The position numbers were made by a program, and so were the translations under genes. A stretch of 64,000 nt of DNA. Origin: Prorocentrum cordatum (lineage: Eukaryota). The DNA lies in the NCBI GenBank assembly GCA_963575745.1, contig CAUYUJ010000226.1, positions 372,001 to 436,000 of the forward strand, read 5' to 3'. Below, in pieces: positions 36,055 to 48,508 of the stretch (within the stretch, counting starts at the first letter, position 1; the number at the start of each line of letters is the position of its first letter). The notes beneath the pieces are model-generated. The model ran no database searches. It was not told the DNA's origin and saw only the letters and a program-made list of their open reading frames with translations.

Positions 36055-39000
36055 TCGCGGGGGGGGGGGGGGCAAACGTTGTGGTAACCACAACGCGTGG
36101 TGAGTCAGTGAATTGGGGCCTCCTGGGTCCTAACCACGTGCGGTGACGGACCGTGCGGTGAGGTCTTTGGCAATTTCGAGGTCACCGCGCGGTCCCTCAC
36201 CACACAAGTTCGGAACACCTAAGTCTGATTCTTGGCCCCATCCAGGATCGGGCCAGGCGAAAGGGCATGCCAGGGAAAGGGAAAGGGGGGGGGGGGGGGG
36301 GGGCGAAGTCTGCTTCGTGCAGCTGGGTTCGGCTCCACCGCCGGGTCCATCCCTCGAATCGTGGGCGCCGCCTCCCGGCGCCGGAGGCGCCAGGAAAACC
36401 AGCGGCGCGGGCCGATTCTCTACCCTGCCCTCCCTGTGCTGTCCTGCCCTGGCGTCCCCCCCGAGTCGTAGGTCGGCGGCGAGCGAGGGTGGGGGCTTGA
36501 GAAGGAGAGGAGGCCTTCTCAGAAGGCGTTCGCGGCTTCTCGGAGGCCCCCGCGCCTTCTGAGAAGTGTTCTTCGTCACCACGAGAGGCCCAGGAGACTT
36601 CTCCGAAGGCCGTGGGGGCTGCCGAGCCTTCTGAGCAGGCCCGCCCCTTCTCGCTCAGGCGATCGCAAAACATGGATTCAGGAAGCGTGGATTAGCGACG
36701 GGTCCCGTTTCCACGGGAAATCGCGGATTTCCGCCTCCGAGCGAGGCGGCACCGGCCGCATTTTTTGCATGCCCCCCCCGATTCGGATGCATTTCCTGGG
36801 AGGTCAAATTCTGATATTTTCCCCTGGTCCGAAATCTGGCTCAATCCGGTCTAATCCCGCTTAATCCGGCTTAATCCTGCTTCATCGGGCTTATTCCCGG
36901 TTCATCCACGGCCTAATCCTGCGCAGTAGCCCCCCAGTGGGGCTTAGTTCTCTCTGATAATCTTTCCGACGAAGGCCTCCCAGCAGTTGCCTCCGAACCC
37001 CGATCCACGGACCTGACGACCGCGCGCCAGATCCATGGATCCCTCACTCGCCATCGCTCGGACGTCCATTCCCTGTGTTTTTTTTGGTTTCGTGCGTGGT
37101 TTTTTCGTCAAATGATCAAGGATGCTCCTCGATGGTCCCCGCCGAAGGAAAAATGCACACGTCCGAGCGATGCCAGGCTCAGCCGTGTCTGCGCGCCCCC
37201 GATTTCTCGCCCCTTCCCCGGGCTCGCCGCCGATGCCCTCTGCCCTCTGCTGCCCTGCCCTCCTGTGGCCCCCTCTCGGAGAAGGCCCGGGGCGCCGAGG
37301 CCCAGGTCGGGCCTGTCCCTCTGCAGGAGGTCTTCCGACCATCTTTGAGCATTGTGGGGGCATTTTTAGGGGGTATTTGTTACTTTTCCTTTTGAGGCAT
37401 TTCTGAGGTATTTTTGTGAGGCATGTCTGATGTATCTGTGGTGTATGTTTGGGGTATTGCATTTTTGAAGTATGTTTGCCTCTTTTTCTGTTATTCACCC
37501 AAAACCGGCCTGTAGGGCGACAGGCCCGACGTACGCCAGGGCCACGGAGGCCGCCGGCGGCAGCGCCGACGCGTCCGGCGGAGCTGCAACGGCGGTGCGC
37601 CCCTCGCTCTGCGAGCGCTGGGCCGGGCCGCCCGGCCAGCGCGCCGCCGCCAGAGGCGGAGCAGTGGCGGAGCGTCCCGGCGTGCCCGTTAGGTCCGCCA
37701 GAGAATGCCGGGCCGAGCAAAGGTCAAGCAGTGGCGAAGTGTCTTGGCTCGCCGATAGCCCTACCAAGCAATGTTCTAAAGACCTCCTATGACAGTTCTG
37801 GCGGAGTCTGTCTTGCTTTCTCGCATCGGGTTCATGTTCTACGAACATGGTTTTTGTTCTTAGAACATTTAGGGGTTCTTAAAAAATTGTGGTAGGACTA
37901 TAGGAATACCGGGACGGTCGGTCCCTGCTCAACCAGAGGCGCAGCAGTGGCGAAGCGTCTTGGCTTGCCTGTAAGGTCCACCAAAGAATGTCGGGCCGAA
38001 CAAAAAGGGGGGATAGGGAATGGGGGTTTGCGAAATCTGCTGCGTGCAGCTGATTTCCGCCCCGCCGCCCCATGCGCATTCCTCGATACATGGGCGCCTC
38101 CCGGCACCGGGAGGCGCTGGCACAATCAGCTACGTGAGCTTGTTCTCAACCCCCCCTTTCGCCTGGCCCGAGTATAGGTCCACGAACAAATGTTCTAAGA
38201 ACCTCTTGTGGTCTGCGCGAAATGGTCTTCGAACCTTTCGGACCGAGGCCGTCTTGTCTGAACCCATGGGGCGTATGTTCTAAGGGCGTTGTTCTTGTGT
38301 TTAGAATCGGAGGTTGTCAGACCTCCTACCCTGACACGTCGATTCAGGAATTGGCCGTTTTCGGTTCGCGAGAGGGCGTCGCGGCCGTCATTTTTGCGGG
38401 TCCAGGTCCGTGGGTTTCGGTCCCAGGCCGTGTTCACTAAAGGGAGGTTTACTACAGGGAGGTTTGTCCACCGCCGATAGAACATTTTTAGAGTCCTAAG
38501 GACAATCTCGTTGTATGCCCATAGGAATGCCGGGACGGTCGGTCCCTGCTCAGCCCTCGCTCCGAGCACCGGGCCCCCGCCCGGCCAGCGCGCCGCCGCC
38601 AGAGGTGGAGCAGTGGCGAAGCATCCTGGCTTGCCTGTGGGTCCGCCAGGGAATTCGTCTGAGGACCTTTTGTCACCACCTACCAAAGCACCCCAACCCA
38701 ACCCGAAGCTGTCAATTTGCCTTGCATTTCCAGTTGGGGGGGGGTCGGGGAACGTTGAAAAAACACATGGAATCCGTACCCCCCCAACCCGAAATTCGGG
38801 TCAAATTCGGGTCTTCGGGTTGGGTTGGGGTGGTATGGGTAGGTAGTCATTTTGCGGTCTGCGCGAAATGTTCTTAGAACCTTTCTGACTGAGACCGTTT
38901 TGTGTCTTAGCACCTCGGGTCTGTTGCTGTGGGTGCAGCGATTTGGTCGGCAGAAGCTTTCTAGCTGCGACCGTCTTGTTTCAGCACATCGGGCTCACGT

Positions 39001-41592
39001 TCCAAGGAACAGTGTTTTTTTGCTCTTGGAACAGTTCTGGGTTCCGAGAGCGTCTCGTGGAGGAACGTCGGGACGGTCGGTCCCTGCTGAAAGAGGAGCC
39101 CGCCCGTCGGGGGCGGCGGAGGTGCGCCGGGGGGGGGGGGGGGGTAGAGGGGGAAGGCGAGGCGCCCCGGGAGGGGGGGGGGGTAGAGGGGGAAGGCGAG
39201 GCGCCCCGCTGACGTTGCCCGCCAACGTGTCAGGAGGGGACAAAAACACACAGACATACGTGACTCGTCGATTCCCCGGAAAAAAATACACGGGAAAATG
39301 TGGGGAAGGGGGGGGAATAATACGGAAGTCCAGACGATATTAGAGAAGATGGAGACGCCTAGGCCTTCTGTGTGTGCTTAGTCGTGTGTCTGGGCTCCTT
39401 CACAGGGGCGGTCGGAGCCCCTGGGCACATGCGAGCGACGGTAGAGAACAAGGTCGTCTGCGTGGGCACTGGCGCGTGAGTTGCCCGCGTATCAAGCAGT
39501 GGCGAAGCGCCCTGGCATGCTTGGAGGCCCTTCGAATAATGTTCTCAGACCCTTCTGTGGCTTGCACGAAATGTTATTACAGCATTTCTGGCTGAGACCG
39601 TCTTGTTTCAATGCACCGGGTCTATGCTCTAAGGACGTTGTTGTCGTTATTCGAACATCTTCAGTTCTAAGAACATTATGTGAGTAGGCATATCGGAATG
39701 CCGGGACGGTCGGTCCCTGATAAATGCGAGCGACGGAAGAAACAAAGGTACTTTGCGTGGACATTGTCGCGCGTAAGGTCGCGCGTAAGCGCCATCGTTG
39801 CCAACGTGGCGTGCCGCGCTGGCGGCCCGCGCACGCCACCGCGTAAGATCGGTCCATGTCATTGTCGGGCGGGGCTTGGACGAGGATAAATCCGCCCCAT
39901 TAGCGTTCCAGAACGCGCTCAGAACGTTCTGGAACGCTCTGAGCAGGCCGCGGCGCCCCATAGATCCTCCAGAGCCCCGCCGAATCTCACATATTGTGAA
40001 GGCCTTACGGCTGGCGCCGCCGACCCTGAAGGTTTTGGCCGTCGATGGCGACGGGATGTGTGATCACAGGAAGCAGCTAAAAAAAACGTGACAGGGTAGG
40101 CGGAGGAAGTTTTTGAGGAGGATGAGGAGGAGGGGGAGGAGGAAGGCAGCGGCGCCCGATACATCCTCCAGAGCCGCCGAATCTCACATATTTCCCACCT
40201 TAAAATCACCCGATGTTATCCTCGTCCTGGTTTCGTCTGAGAGGGGGAGGGCGGAGGGGGGAGAAGTCGAGCTGCAAGAGAGGGGGATCAATGCGAACGG
40301 GGGCTCAGCCAGAGCGCCGGAACTTGCAGGATCCTGCAAAGCCAGGGTTGCATTGACCTGGGCTTGCGCGCAGGATCCTGCTGGATGTTGGAGGATCCTG
40401 GAGGATCCTGCAAAGCATCACTGACCTAGGATTGCATTGAACTGGCCCAGGTCAGTAGAAGCCCCAGGGGAGGGGAGGGCGGAGGGGGGAGAATGGGGAG
40501 AAGGCCGTTGTCTCGATAGCAAATCATGGGAGCCTTGTATGTCCTTGTAATTCCGTCTTTAGAGTGCACTCACGTGCGTCAGCGTCCGGTAGTAGATGAG
40601 AAAACGCCAACCAAGTGTCGATCAGCGTCGAGTTAGCGTCGATGATCGTCGATTAGTGTGGGTCAGCGTCGACCCGCAAGAGCCAGCAAGATGGCATCGG
40701 AGGCCCCCATGAGTTGCCACAGAACCGTTGTGGTCGTTGTGTGAGGGTCCGGAAGCACCTCGGGCAAAATGCTCTTTCACGCACCTCCTCGGACGGGTCC
40801 GGCACACGGCGGGAGGTCCTTCCCCGGGAGACTGCCCCGGGCGGATCTCGCAGCCTATGTTGGGAGCTATACTCGGTATCGCTTAACCGATCCCCATCCC
40901 CATCCCCATCCCCACCCCCTTCGATACCCCACCAAATTACCTCCCCAGTTGGGGATACACCCCTTGAAACCCGAAGGGAACGACCTATATCCCAGTTGGG
41001 CCAGTTGGGCCCAGGCCACGCCGCTGGCGAAGGGGATCGGTTAGACGATACTCATATCCGTTGAGCTATCCGCCAGTGTTGCTACCCTTCGAGCCAGCGG
41101 CCACCCCGCGCCGTGCACCAGGCCCCCCGCAGGGCCTATACAGGCCATCGGCGCGCCGGGGCGGGGGCGTTGCCCCTCGGGACTCTGGCCCTGCCAGGTA
41201 GGCCGCAGCCTAGAGTAGGAGGAGGAGGAGGAGGAGGAGGAGGAGGAGGAGGAGGAGGAGGAGGAGCAGGAAGAGGAGGCGGAGGCGGACAATGAGGAGG
41301 AGGAGGAGGAGGAGGAGGAGGAGGAGGAGGAGGAGGAGGACAAGGACAAGGAGGAGGAGGAGGAGGAGGAGGAGGAGGAGGAGGAGAAGGGAGTCGGATT
41401 GTCCGGGTGGGCGGCCCAGGGGTCGGGGCAGGCGCGCGGGGGGCGGGGGCGAGGGCGAGGAGCCGCTCGCCCCGCTCGGCGAGGGCGAGCGGCCCTCCCT
41501 GGCGCGCGGGGCGCCAGGGAGGGCACGCCGCTCGCCCCGCGCTCCCGCGCGCGTGGGCGGGGGCGGCGGCGGGGAGCCGATGGGCGGCGGAC

Positions 41593-41704
41593 CTTCGCGG
41601 CGAGCTCGTCGAGGGCGTCCGCGCCGCGCAGGGCCCGCGGTGCCACCAGGCCGAGAGCCCAGCGCTCGAGGATGGCGTCCCGGAGGCGCTTGCCAGCGGA
41701 GCAC
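41593..41704 (-). CDS. Candidate exon, minus strand (CSAGKRLRDAILERWALGLVAPRALRGADALDELAAK); may extend further 5'
   Basis: tgcag|G acceptor, AAG|gtccgc donor, GC3-rich codons. Confidence 0.55.
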
Positions 41705-41915
41705 CTGCACCAGCAGGTGTCCGAGGCTGCTCGGCGCGCCAGCGCATACAGGGCGCATCCGATCAGGAACCTCGCCCGGGGCAGCCACCTCACACACCTG
41801 CAGGAATCTCAGAGGTGACTCGTGCCGCGCAGCAGGCACTGCGAAACTCCCACGTCGACTTCCCCAAACCCACCCATTGCAGGGCCATGGGCCACTGCCT
41901 CTGCAAAGGCAGCAC

Positions 41916-42008
41916 CTCGGTGATGGGCAGCAGCCCGTTGTCGTTGAGGTTGCCCAGCTGCTCGCGGCACCGCGCGCGCCCCGCCTCGCGGATCTTCGAC
42001 AAAGCCGC
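41916..42008 (-). CDS. Candidate exon, minus strand (AALSKIREAGRARCREQLGNLNDNGLLPITE)
   Basis: gcgcag|G acceptor, GAG|gtgctg donor, 93 nt, phase 0-0. Confidence 0.5.
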
Positions 42009-44606
42009 CTGCGCGGGCCCACGAGCGGACCGCTTGCCACCGGGCCTTCGGCCCCGCCTTTGCCGCAGCGGTCAAATGGAGCGGGGGGCGGGGCGGACAC
42101 GCCGCCATCGCCCGTCGCCTGCGCCACCGCCGCAGCATGTTGCACTCGGGTGCTGTCCCCGGCTTTCAGCGCCGCCCGGATTGCAGGCGCCACTGGCGAA
42201 CCTGGTGGCAGGAGGAGCACCCCAGCCCACGCTACGATTCAGTCAACCCGCATAACAATGATGGGCATCCTTCCGACGGGTATCCTTACATCCTTGCCCT
42301 TTTGGCCCATCCTTGGCCGCATTCGTTGGCCGCACCCCGCTCGAAAAGCTTCGAAATGGGCGTCCACGGCCCTTGCATCCTTATCGCGCATCCTTATGAT
42401 ACGAGACGACTGTAGGGTGTGATGGTCCGCGTCGCGACGTTGGCAGCAGCCCTGCTGAGCAAGCGCGTCTCGATGAAGGCGCGCACGTGGCCTCCCGCGC
42501 CGAGAGACGCGGACGAAAAGAGGCCGAGCGGCACTTCTGTCAGCTCGTGGTGCACGCGGTTGCGTTGCGGAGCCTCCTCGCGCCAGCCCCGCGCGTGGTT
42601 CGCCAGCAGTTCGGCCCCGTGGTAAGATAGAGACCCCTAGATGGGTCAGCGATGCGGCGCGATCCTCTGACCCCATCTACTCGGACCCCATTTGGGAGGC
42701 CTAGGCAAAAACCGCTGCTTCCGCGCCCGCAGGGAGCTGGCCAGACTGGAGGGGCAGCCCGAGGCCCAGGTCCGTCAACGCGCACGCGGGCCAGCAGCAG
42801 CTCCAGTCGTCAAGTACTGTCGGACCGAGGTCGGTGCGGGGATTGTTGGACGTTCTTGTGCATCCTGGGGAGGGTACCTTCGCACAACGCCCAGAATCTC
42901 TGGCTCCGTAGCCAGGCGGACGCCTCCTTGGGAGGCCCAAGCACAGGCAGCGGGACAGGACTCCAGAGGCGACCCCCCCGAAGAAGGGACGTTGGGGTGA
43001 GAGGGATGATCAATACTATCGGAATGGGTACGGAGAGAACGGGTACAGTCGGACCGAGGTATAAGATCGAGGTCGGTTCGGGGAGGGTACCCTGGTGTTC
43101 TTCGTGGCTGTTGGATGTTCTTGTGCATCCTGGGATGGGTACCCTAATACGTTATGTGGGTCTTGGCCCGCGGAGGGTCTCATGTTCTTGAGGGATGTTT
43201 TTGTTGGCTTAGGTCCGACTGTACAAAGACCGACACCATTCCCTGATCATTCTGAGCAGGATCCGCTGGCAGCGTCGCCGCGGTCGTTGTCCATCTGAGA
43301 CAGAAGGCCGCCTGCCAAACAGAGGCCGTTGTCGGTTTGGGTCAGCGTTTGTTATTTGGCATCGTGCTCATGTTTGTCCGTACCCATTTCGGTTGCCCAA
43401 ACATGAGGGATGGGTGGGAGGGGGGAGGGGGCGGGGGAGGAGGAAGACACGCTCCCCCTGCACGTGCAAAGCAGTCGCATTAAACTGGACATCTGCTCTT
43501 GGTTTCGGTGCGCTCTGCTGGGATGAGCGTCTTCGACTAGGGGACCAACTACATAATTGATTTACTCCAAAGTTGATTCCCCCGCCGAGTATACGAGACA
43601 CGCGTAGAAATTTCGTAGCTCCAGGGGGCATTCTACGTATTGCTTCCTAGACTCGGCGGGAACATCAATCTTGGGGTACAGTGGAGACCCGTGCCAAGAA
43701 GCACACCGCCTGCCTCCAGGGTGCCCTGGGTTGCTCGGGCTCCGACGGTTTGTTGTCGATGGAGAGCGCGACGCTCCCGCACCGAGGATCGACGGACGCC
43801 CTGGGGTCTCGGGGTCGGGTTTCTTGTGGAAGTTCTCTTGCGCTCGAGCTCCCACTGTGCCTCAATTCTGCAGTCGATCCCCCGCTCGAGCGTTGCACCG
43901 GCGCCCCTCTCCGCGAGTGCAGAGCTTGTGGGGGGGGGGCTGCGCGGGCGCCCGAGGCTCTAGAAGCTGCGACGTTGCCGAGCGCAGCAGCAGCGGCCAG
44001 CCTCGAAAGCATCTCCCCCTCGTCTTCACGTGTGTGTGTGTGTGTATTTGTGGGTTCCCCCTCCTGCTCGTGCTTCCTAGGCCTTTACTTCCCCCTCCTC
44101 GTCCGCCCCCGCTTTTTCTCTCCTCTCCAGTCCCTCGCCGCCTCCGTTCTCTCTTCTCCATCCCTCCGGCCATTCCTCTCCTCACTCTTCCTACGCAGAG
44201 GTTCACCACCTCACCACCCTTCAGTCAGTATTGCGCGTATCAGGTCCCACTGCTTCGCGCTTTTGAAGCATTCGTGAGTATAGCACTCACGGAATGGACA
44301 GACAACATGGCGTCAAGGGTGTGCGTATCGTATTGTGTTTTCATCATACCGCTCCTCGTCCTCCTCCCTCTCACTCTCCCCTTCATGTTACTGCTCCTGC
44401 TGCTGCTCCTCCTCATCCTCCCCTTCTTCCCTCTCATTCTGCCTCTCTTGCTGCTCCTGCTGCTGCTGCTGGTCCTCCGCTACCTCGCTCCCCCGGCCTG
44501 ATCGCTAATCCCGTTCGATCCGGCTTGCGGCTAGCGTTTGGCAGATAGCGTGCGATGTGACACCATTGGCCCGTTCATTCCACGCTGCACCCCCTTGGGA
44601 ATAGTA

Positions 44607-44771
44607 CACCTTAGGCGATGCTTAAGAAAACTTGAATTTTCGGTCAGAGTCTCGATTATTCTTAATGTTTCACTGTAAATCCTAAGATTTGAATGGGAAT
44701 GTTGGGTTTTTATTCTAGTTCTGAGACTATGAATTTCTTAACCCATGATTTCTTAAGCATTTCGCAGGGTG
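44607..44771. mobile_element. AT-rich ~165-bp MITE with TA flanks (Tc1/mariner-type); copies 11016-11179, 26114-26278 (inverted), 30875-31039
   Basis: Imperfect 23-bp TIR CACCTTAGGCGATGCTTAAGAAA / TTTCTTAAGCATTTCGCAGGGTG; TA on both sides of all four copies. Confidence 0.9.
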
Positions 44772-45241
44772 TATGCCCCGAAGAAGCCTAGGTGGATAGC
44801 CTGCACGGGAGGGGCCCTCGCGGGGGGATCGCCCCACTGAGATAGATAGTGTGCCTTTCGGAGGTCGATGACGCACGCTGTCTCCCCAGCGTCAACCGTC
44901 GTCGGCTTAAATCTCTTGGGCCTCCCTCCCGAGACGGCTTCCGACGGCTCCAGATGGGCCAGGAACGGCCTGGGACGGCCAAGGAGGCCCCCAAAGGCCC
45001 CCAAGCCCCAAAAGGCCCAGGGAGGCTCCTGGCAGGCCCCTGGAGGTGGAGCAGGCGGAGGAGGCGGAGGAGGAGGCGGAGGAGGCGGAGGAGGCGGAGG
45101 AGGCGGTGGAGGAGGAGGAGGCCTCCTTGGGGCGCTCCTGGGGCCTCCCGGGAGCTTCCTGGGGGGGGGCCTCTTGGAGGCCTCGCGTCGCTCCCCTCGC
45201 CTGGCTCGCCTGGTACCATGCGGGGGGGAGGCGCGCCCCAG

Positions 45242-45336
45242 GCCCTGCTCCACGAGAGCGAGCTCGCCCTGGCCGAGGCCGCGGAGCGCAACGACCGGCG
45301 CATCGCCGCGGAGTCCGCGCGCCTGGAGTCGGAGAG
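45242..45336 (+). CDS. Candidate exon, coiled-coil-like (ALLHESELALAEAAERNDRRIAAESARLESE-R)
   Basis: cccag|G acceptor, AG|gagcgc GA donor, GC3-rich codons. Confidence 0.6.
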
Positions 45337-45526
45337 GAGCGCCCCCCCCCCTCCCCTCGGGCCGGCGGGGCCCCTTCCCGGGGAGGGGGGAGGAGGAGAG
45401 GAGGAGGACCCTGAGATCCTGGCGGCAGTTTTGGTTCCCAGCCGGCGATTCCGCCCGATGTCGGGCCCGGTGTCCTCACGGAGCAGTCCGGCTCAACAAA
45501 ACGGAAGCAGAGACAATGTGGCCCAG

Positions 45527-45574
45527 GGCCGCCGCGGAGGCCGCTGCGGATTCCCTGCGTCTGGAGTTGGAGAG
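45527..45574 (+). CDS. Candidate duplicated micro-exon (AAAEAAADSLRLELE-R)
   Basis: cccag|G acceptor and the same AG|gagcgc donor; phase 2-2, compatible with the previous exon. Confidence 0.4.
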
Positions 45575-46397
45575 GAGCGCCCCCTCCCCTCGGGCCGGAA
45601 CGGCCCCTCCCGAGGCGGGGGGAGGAGGCGGAGGAGGCGGAGGAGGAGGAGGAGAAGGAGGAGGAGAAGGAGGTGGAGGAGGAGGAGGAGGAGGAGGTGG
45701 AGGATCGAATAACGAGCACCGACAGAAACATCTTCTCTCGGAGGGCCGTGTGGATCTGCTGGATCGGCGTGGGGCCCCCCATCCCTGGCGGCGCCTCTGG
45801 CGCCGACCCAAGAAATCTGCGCGGACCTCCGAGGATTTGTGTTTATGCCGTCGTTGTTTGTGCCCGCAGACGATGAGGAGCAGGAGCAGGAGAAGGATCA
45901 GGAGGATGAGGAGCAGCAGAAGGAGGAGCGGGACGAATTCTATGTTCTGTTGGTTCTTCATCATCGTTTGAGGCTCACAGGGTTCTGAGGCACCACAGGA
46001 TGAGACAGCACTGCTGCAATCTGCGCTCTGGAGACATGCACCAATTGCGCTGATGATTAGCGTCGTGGTGCTGCACAGCGCTGATGGGGCGAGGTCGCAG
46101 CAGTACAGGCTGTCACCGTCAGGGAGGCGAGACGCAGGTACGAGGAGGAGCAGGAGGAGGACGAGGACGAGAACGAAGAGGAGGATTATAATCCAGGTCC
46201 TTCGGGGGTGTTAGCGGCGTGTTAGCGGGATGGAGGTGGTATACATAGTTCCCCGCAGCTGAGGATCAGAGTGAGGGGGCGGCGGGGACATCTGCAGTCT
46301 GCGAGGCTCTGAAGAAGCCCGCCGCAGACGCTGGAATCTTATGAATTATACAACGAGCCACCCGCGAGCGCCGAGTTTCTCGTTAAAGCCATGTGGC

Positions 46398-46655
46398 TGG
46401 GTCGCTGGTGGGCCGCGGGTGGGTCGCGGGTGGGTCGCGGGTGGGTCCCGGGCCGGGCTGGGTCGGTCGCGAGTGGGTCGCGGGTGGATCTCGGGCGGGT
46501 TGCGGGGTGGGTCGCAGGTGGATCGCCGGGTGGGTCGCGGGTGGGTCGCGGGTGGGTCGCGGGCCGGGTCGCGGGCCGGGTCGCAGTTGGGTCGCGGACC
46601 CGGTCGCAGGTGGGTCGCGGGTGGGCCGCGGGCGGGTCGCGAGGTGGGTCGCGGG
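46398..46655 (+). repeat. GGGTCGCGGGT minisatellite; similar tract at 55115-55465
   Basis: Tandem ~12-bp units. Confidence 0.85.
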
Positions 46656-47151
46656 GCTCGATACCCGCTACCTTCGTCTTCGATCGTGCCCCCTTAGGGG
46701 GTAGATCTTTCTTACCTGCAACGTGCATTTCATGCAGCCCAGAAGGCAGGGGAAGAGAGGACGGATGGAAGAAAGGGACAAGGCGGAGGGAGAAGGATGG
46801 AGCACGAGAGAGAGTAGCAGGAGGGGGGCTAGGAGCAGAAAACACCTGGCAGAACCAGACGGGCAGATCGGGCGGGTAGACCCTAACGGGCGAGTCGGGA
46901 AGGCGGGCCCAGACGGCCAGATCGCGGAGGCGGGTTGCTGAAGCGTGGGTCTTGCATCAATCGCGAGGATGTGTCGAGCGACAGCGCGATTCCTAAATAA
47001 ATCGTGAGGGAATCTTTGGGGAGAGGGCATGTGAATCAAATGCGAGGAAGTCCCCCGCGAGAGCGCGATTCCTGCACAACTTGCAGGAAGTCTCTCGCGA
47101 GAGCGCGACTTGCGAATACATCGTATCAGCGGGATCCGTTGTTGTTGTTGC

Positions 47152-47196
<45 letters not shown>

Positions 47197-47654
47197 GGTT
47201 GATGAACTCTCACTTCTGAAGAATAATTATTGTTGATCCCCCCACCGGTGCATATTGTTTTTTCTCAATCAAAGTGTGTCCCTCGACGCTCGCACCCTGT
47301 TTTTTGACAGGGAGATTCTTCCTGCTCAAACTGGCCCCCTGGCCCCTGGGTTACAACAACAACGGCTCCCGCTTGAGACTTCCCTACAAATTAGCCAGGA
47401 CCCCCGCTCCCGCCCGAGATGTCTCACATTTTACGCAGGAATCGCGCTCTCGCTTTGGACTTCCTTACAATTTATTAAGGAATCGCTCTCTTGGCGCTCT
47501 GGAGTCGCGCTCTCGCTGGATACTTGCTGACGAATAGCGCCCTTGCCTGGGAATTCTTGCAATTTACTCAAACGCCGCGCTCCCGACACCCAGGCACCCA
47601 GGAGTCGCGCTCACGCTTAGGACTCCCTCACAGATTACCTAGGAATCGGGATCT

Positions 47655-48410
47655 CGCTGCCCTTCGTGGCCCCGTTGCAACCCGTCGTGGCCCCCTCGTT
47701 TTGTTTCGTGGCCCCGTTGCAGCCCTTCGTGGCCTCCTGACTTTGTTTTGTGACCCCCTCGCTGCCCTTCGTGGCCTCCTCGCTGCCCGTCGTGGCTTCG
47801 TTGCAGCCCGTCAGTGGCCCCCTCGCTTTGTTTCGTGGCCCCGTTTCAGCTCTTCGTGGCCCCTTCGCGGCCCCGTTGCAGCCCGTCGTGGCCCCGTTGC
47901 AGTTTTTTGTGGCCCCCTCGCTTTGTTTCGTGGCCCCGTTGCAGCCATTCGTGGTCCCCTCGCTGCCCTTCGTGGCCCCATATATGTATGCCCTTCGTGG
48001 CCCCCGCTCGTTCGCGCCCTTGGTGGCCCCATATGCATGCCCTTCGTGGCCCCGCTGTTGCCCTTCGTGGCCCACTTGCTGCCCTTCGTGGCCCCGTTGC
48101 TGCCGTCAGTGGCCCCGTCCTTGCCCTCCGAGGCCCAACATACGTATTCCCTTCGTGGCCCCCGCTCGTTCTCGCCCGATGTGGCCCCATGTGCATGCCC
48201 TTCGTCGCCCCGCTGTCGCCGTGTGTGGCCCCCTCACTGTCCTACGTGGCCCAGTTGCTACCCTCAGTGGCCCCATAGTTGCCTTCTGTGGCCCCGCATT
48301 ATCTGCCCTTCGTGGTCCCGGCTCGTTCGCGCTCCTCGTGGCCCCATACGCATTCCCTTCGTGTCCCCGCTGTCGGCCTTCGTGGCCTACTTCGTGTCCT
48401 TCGTGGCCCT
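47655..48410 (+). repeat. ~21-bp minisatellite (CCCTTCGTGGCCCCG core)
   Basis: Many tandem degenerate copies. Confidence 0.85.
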
Positions 48411-48441
48411 GCTGTCGTTCTCGCTCGCTCTCGCTTTCGCT

Positions 48442-48473
<32 letters not shown>

Positions 48474-48474
48474 A

Positions 48475-48508
<34 letters not shown>

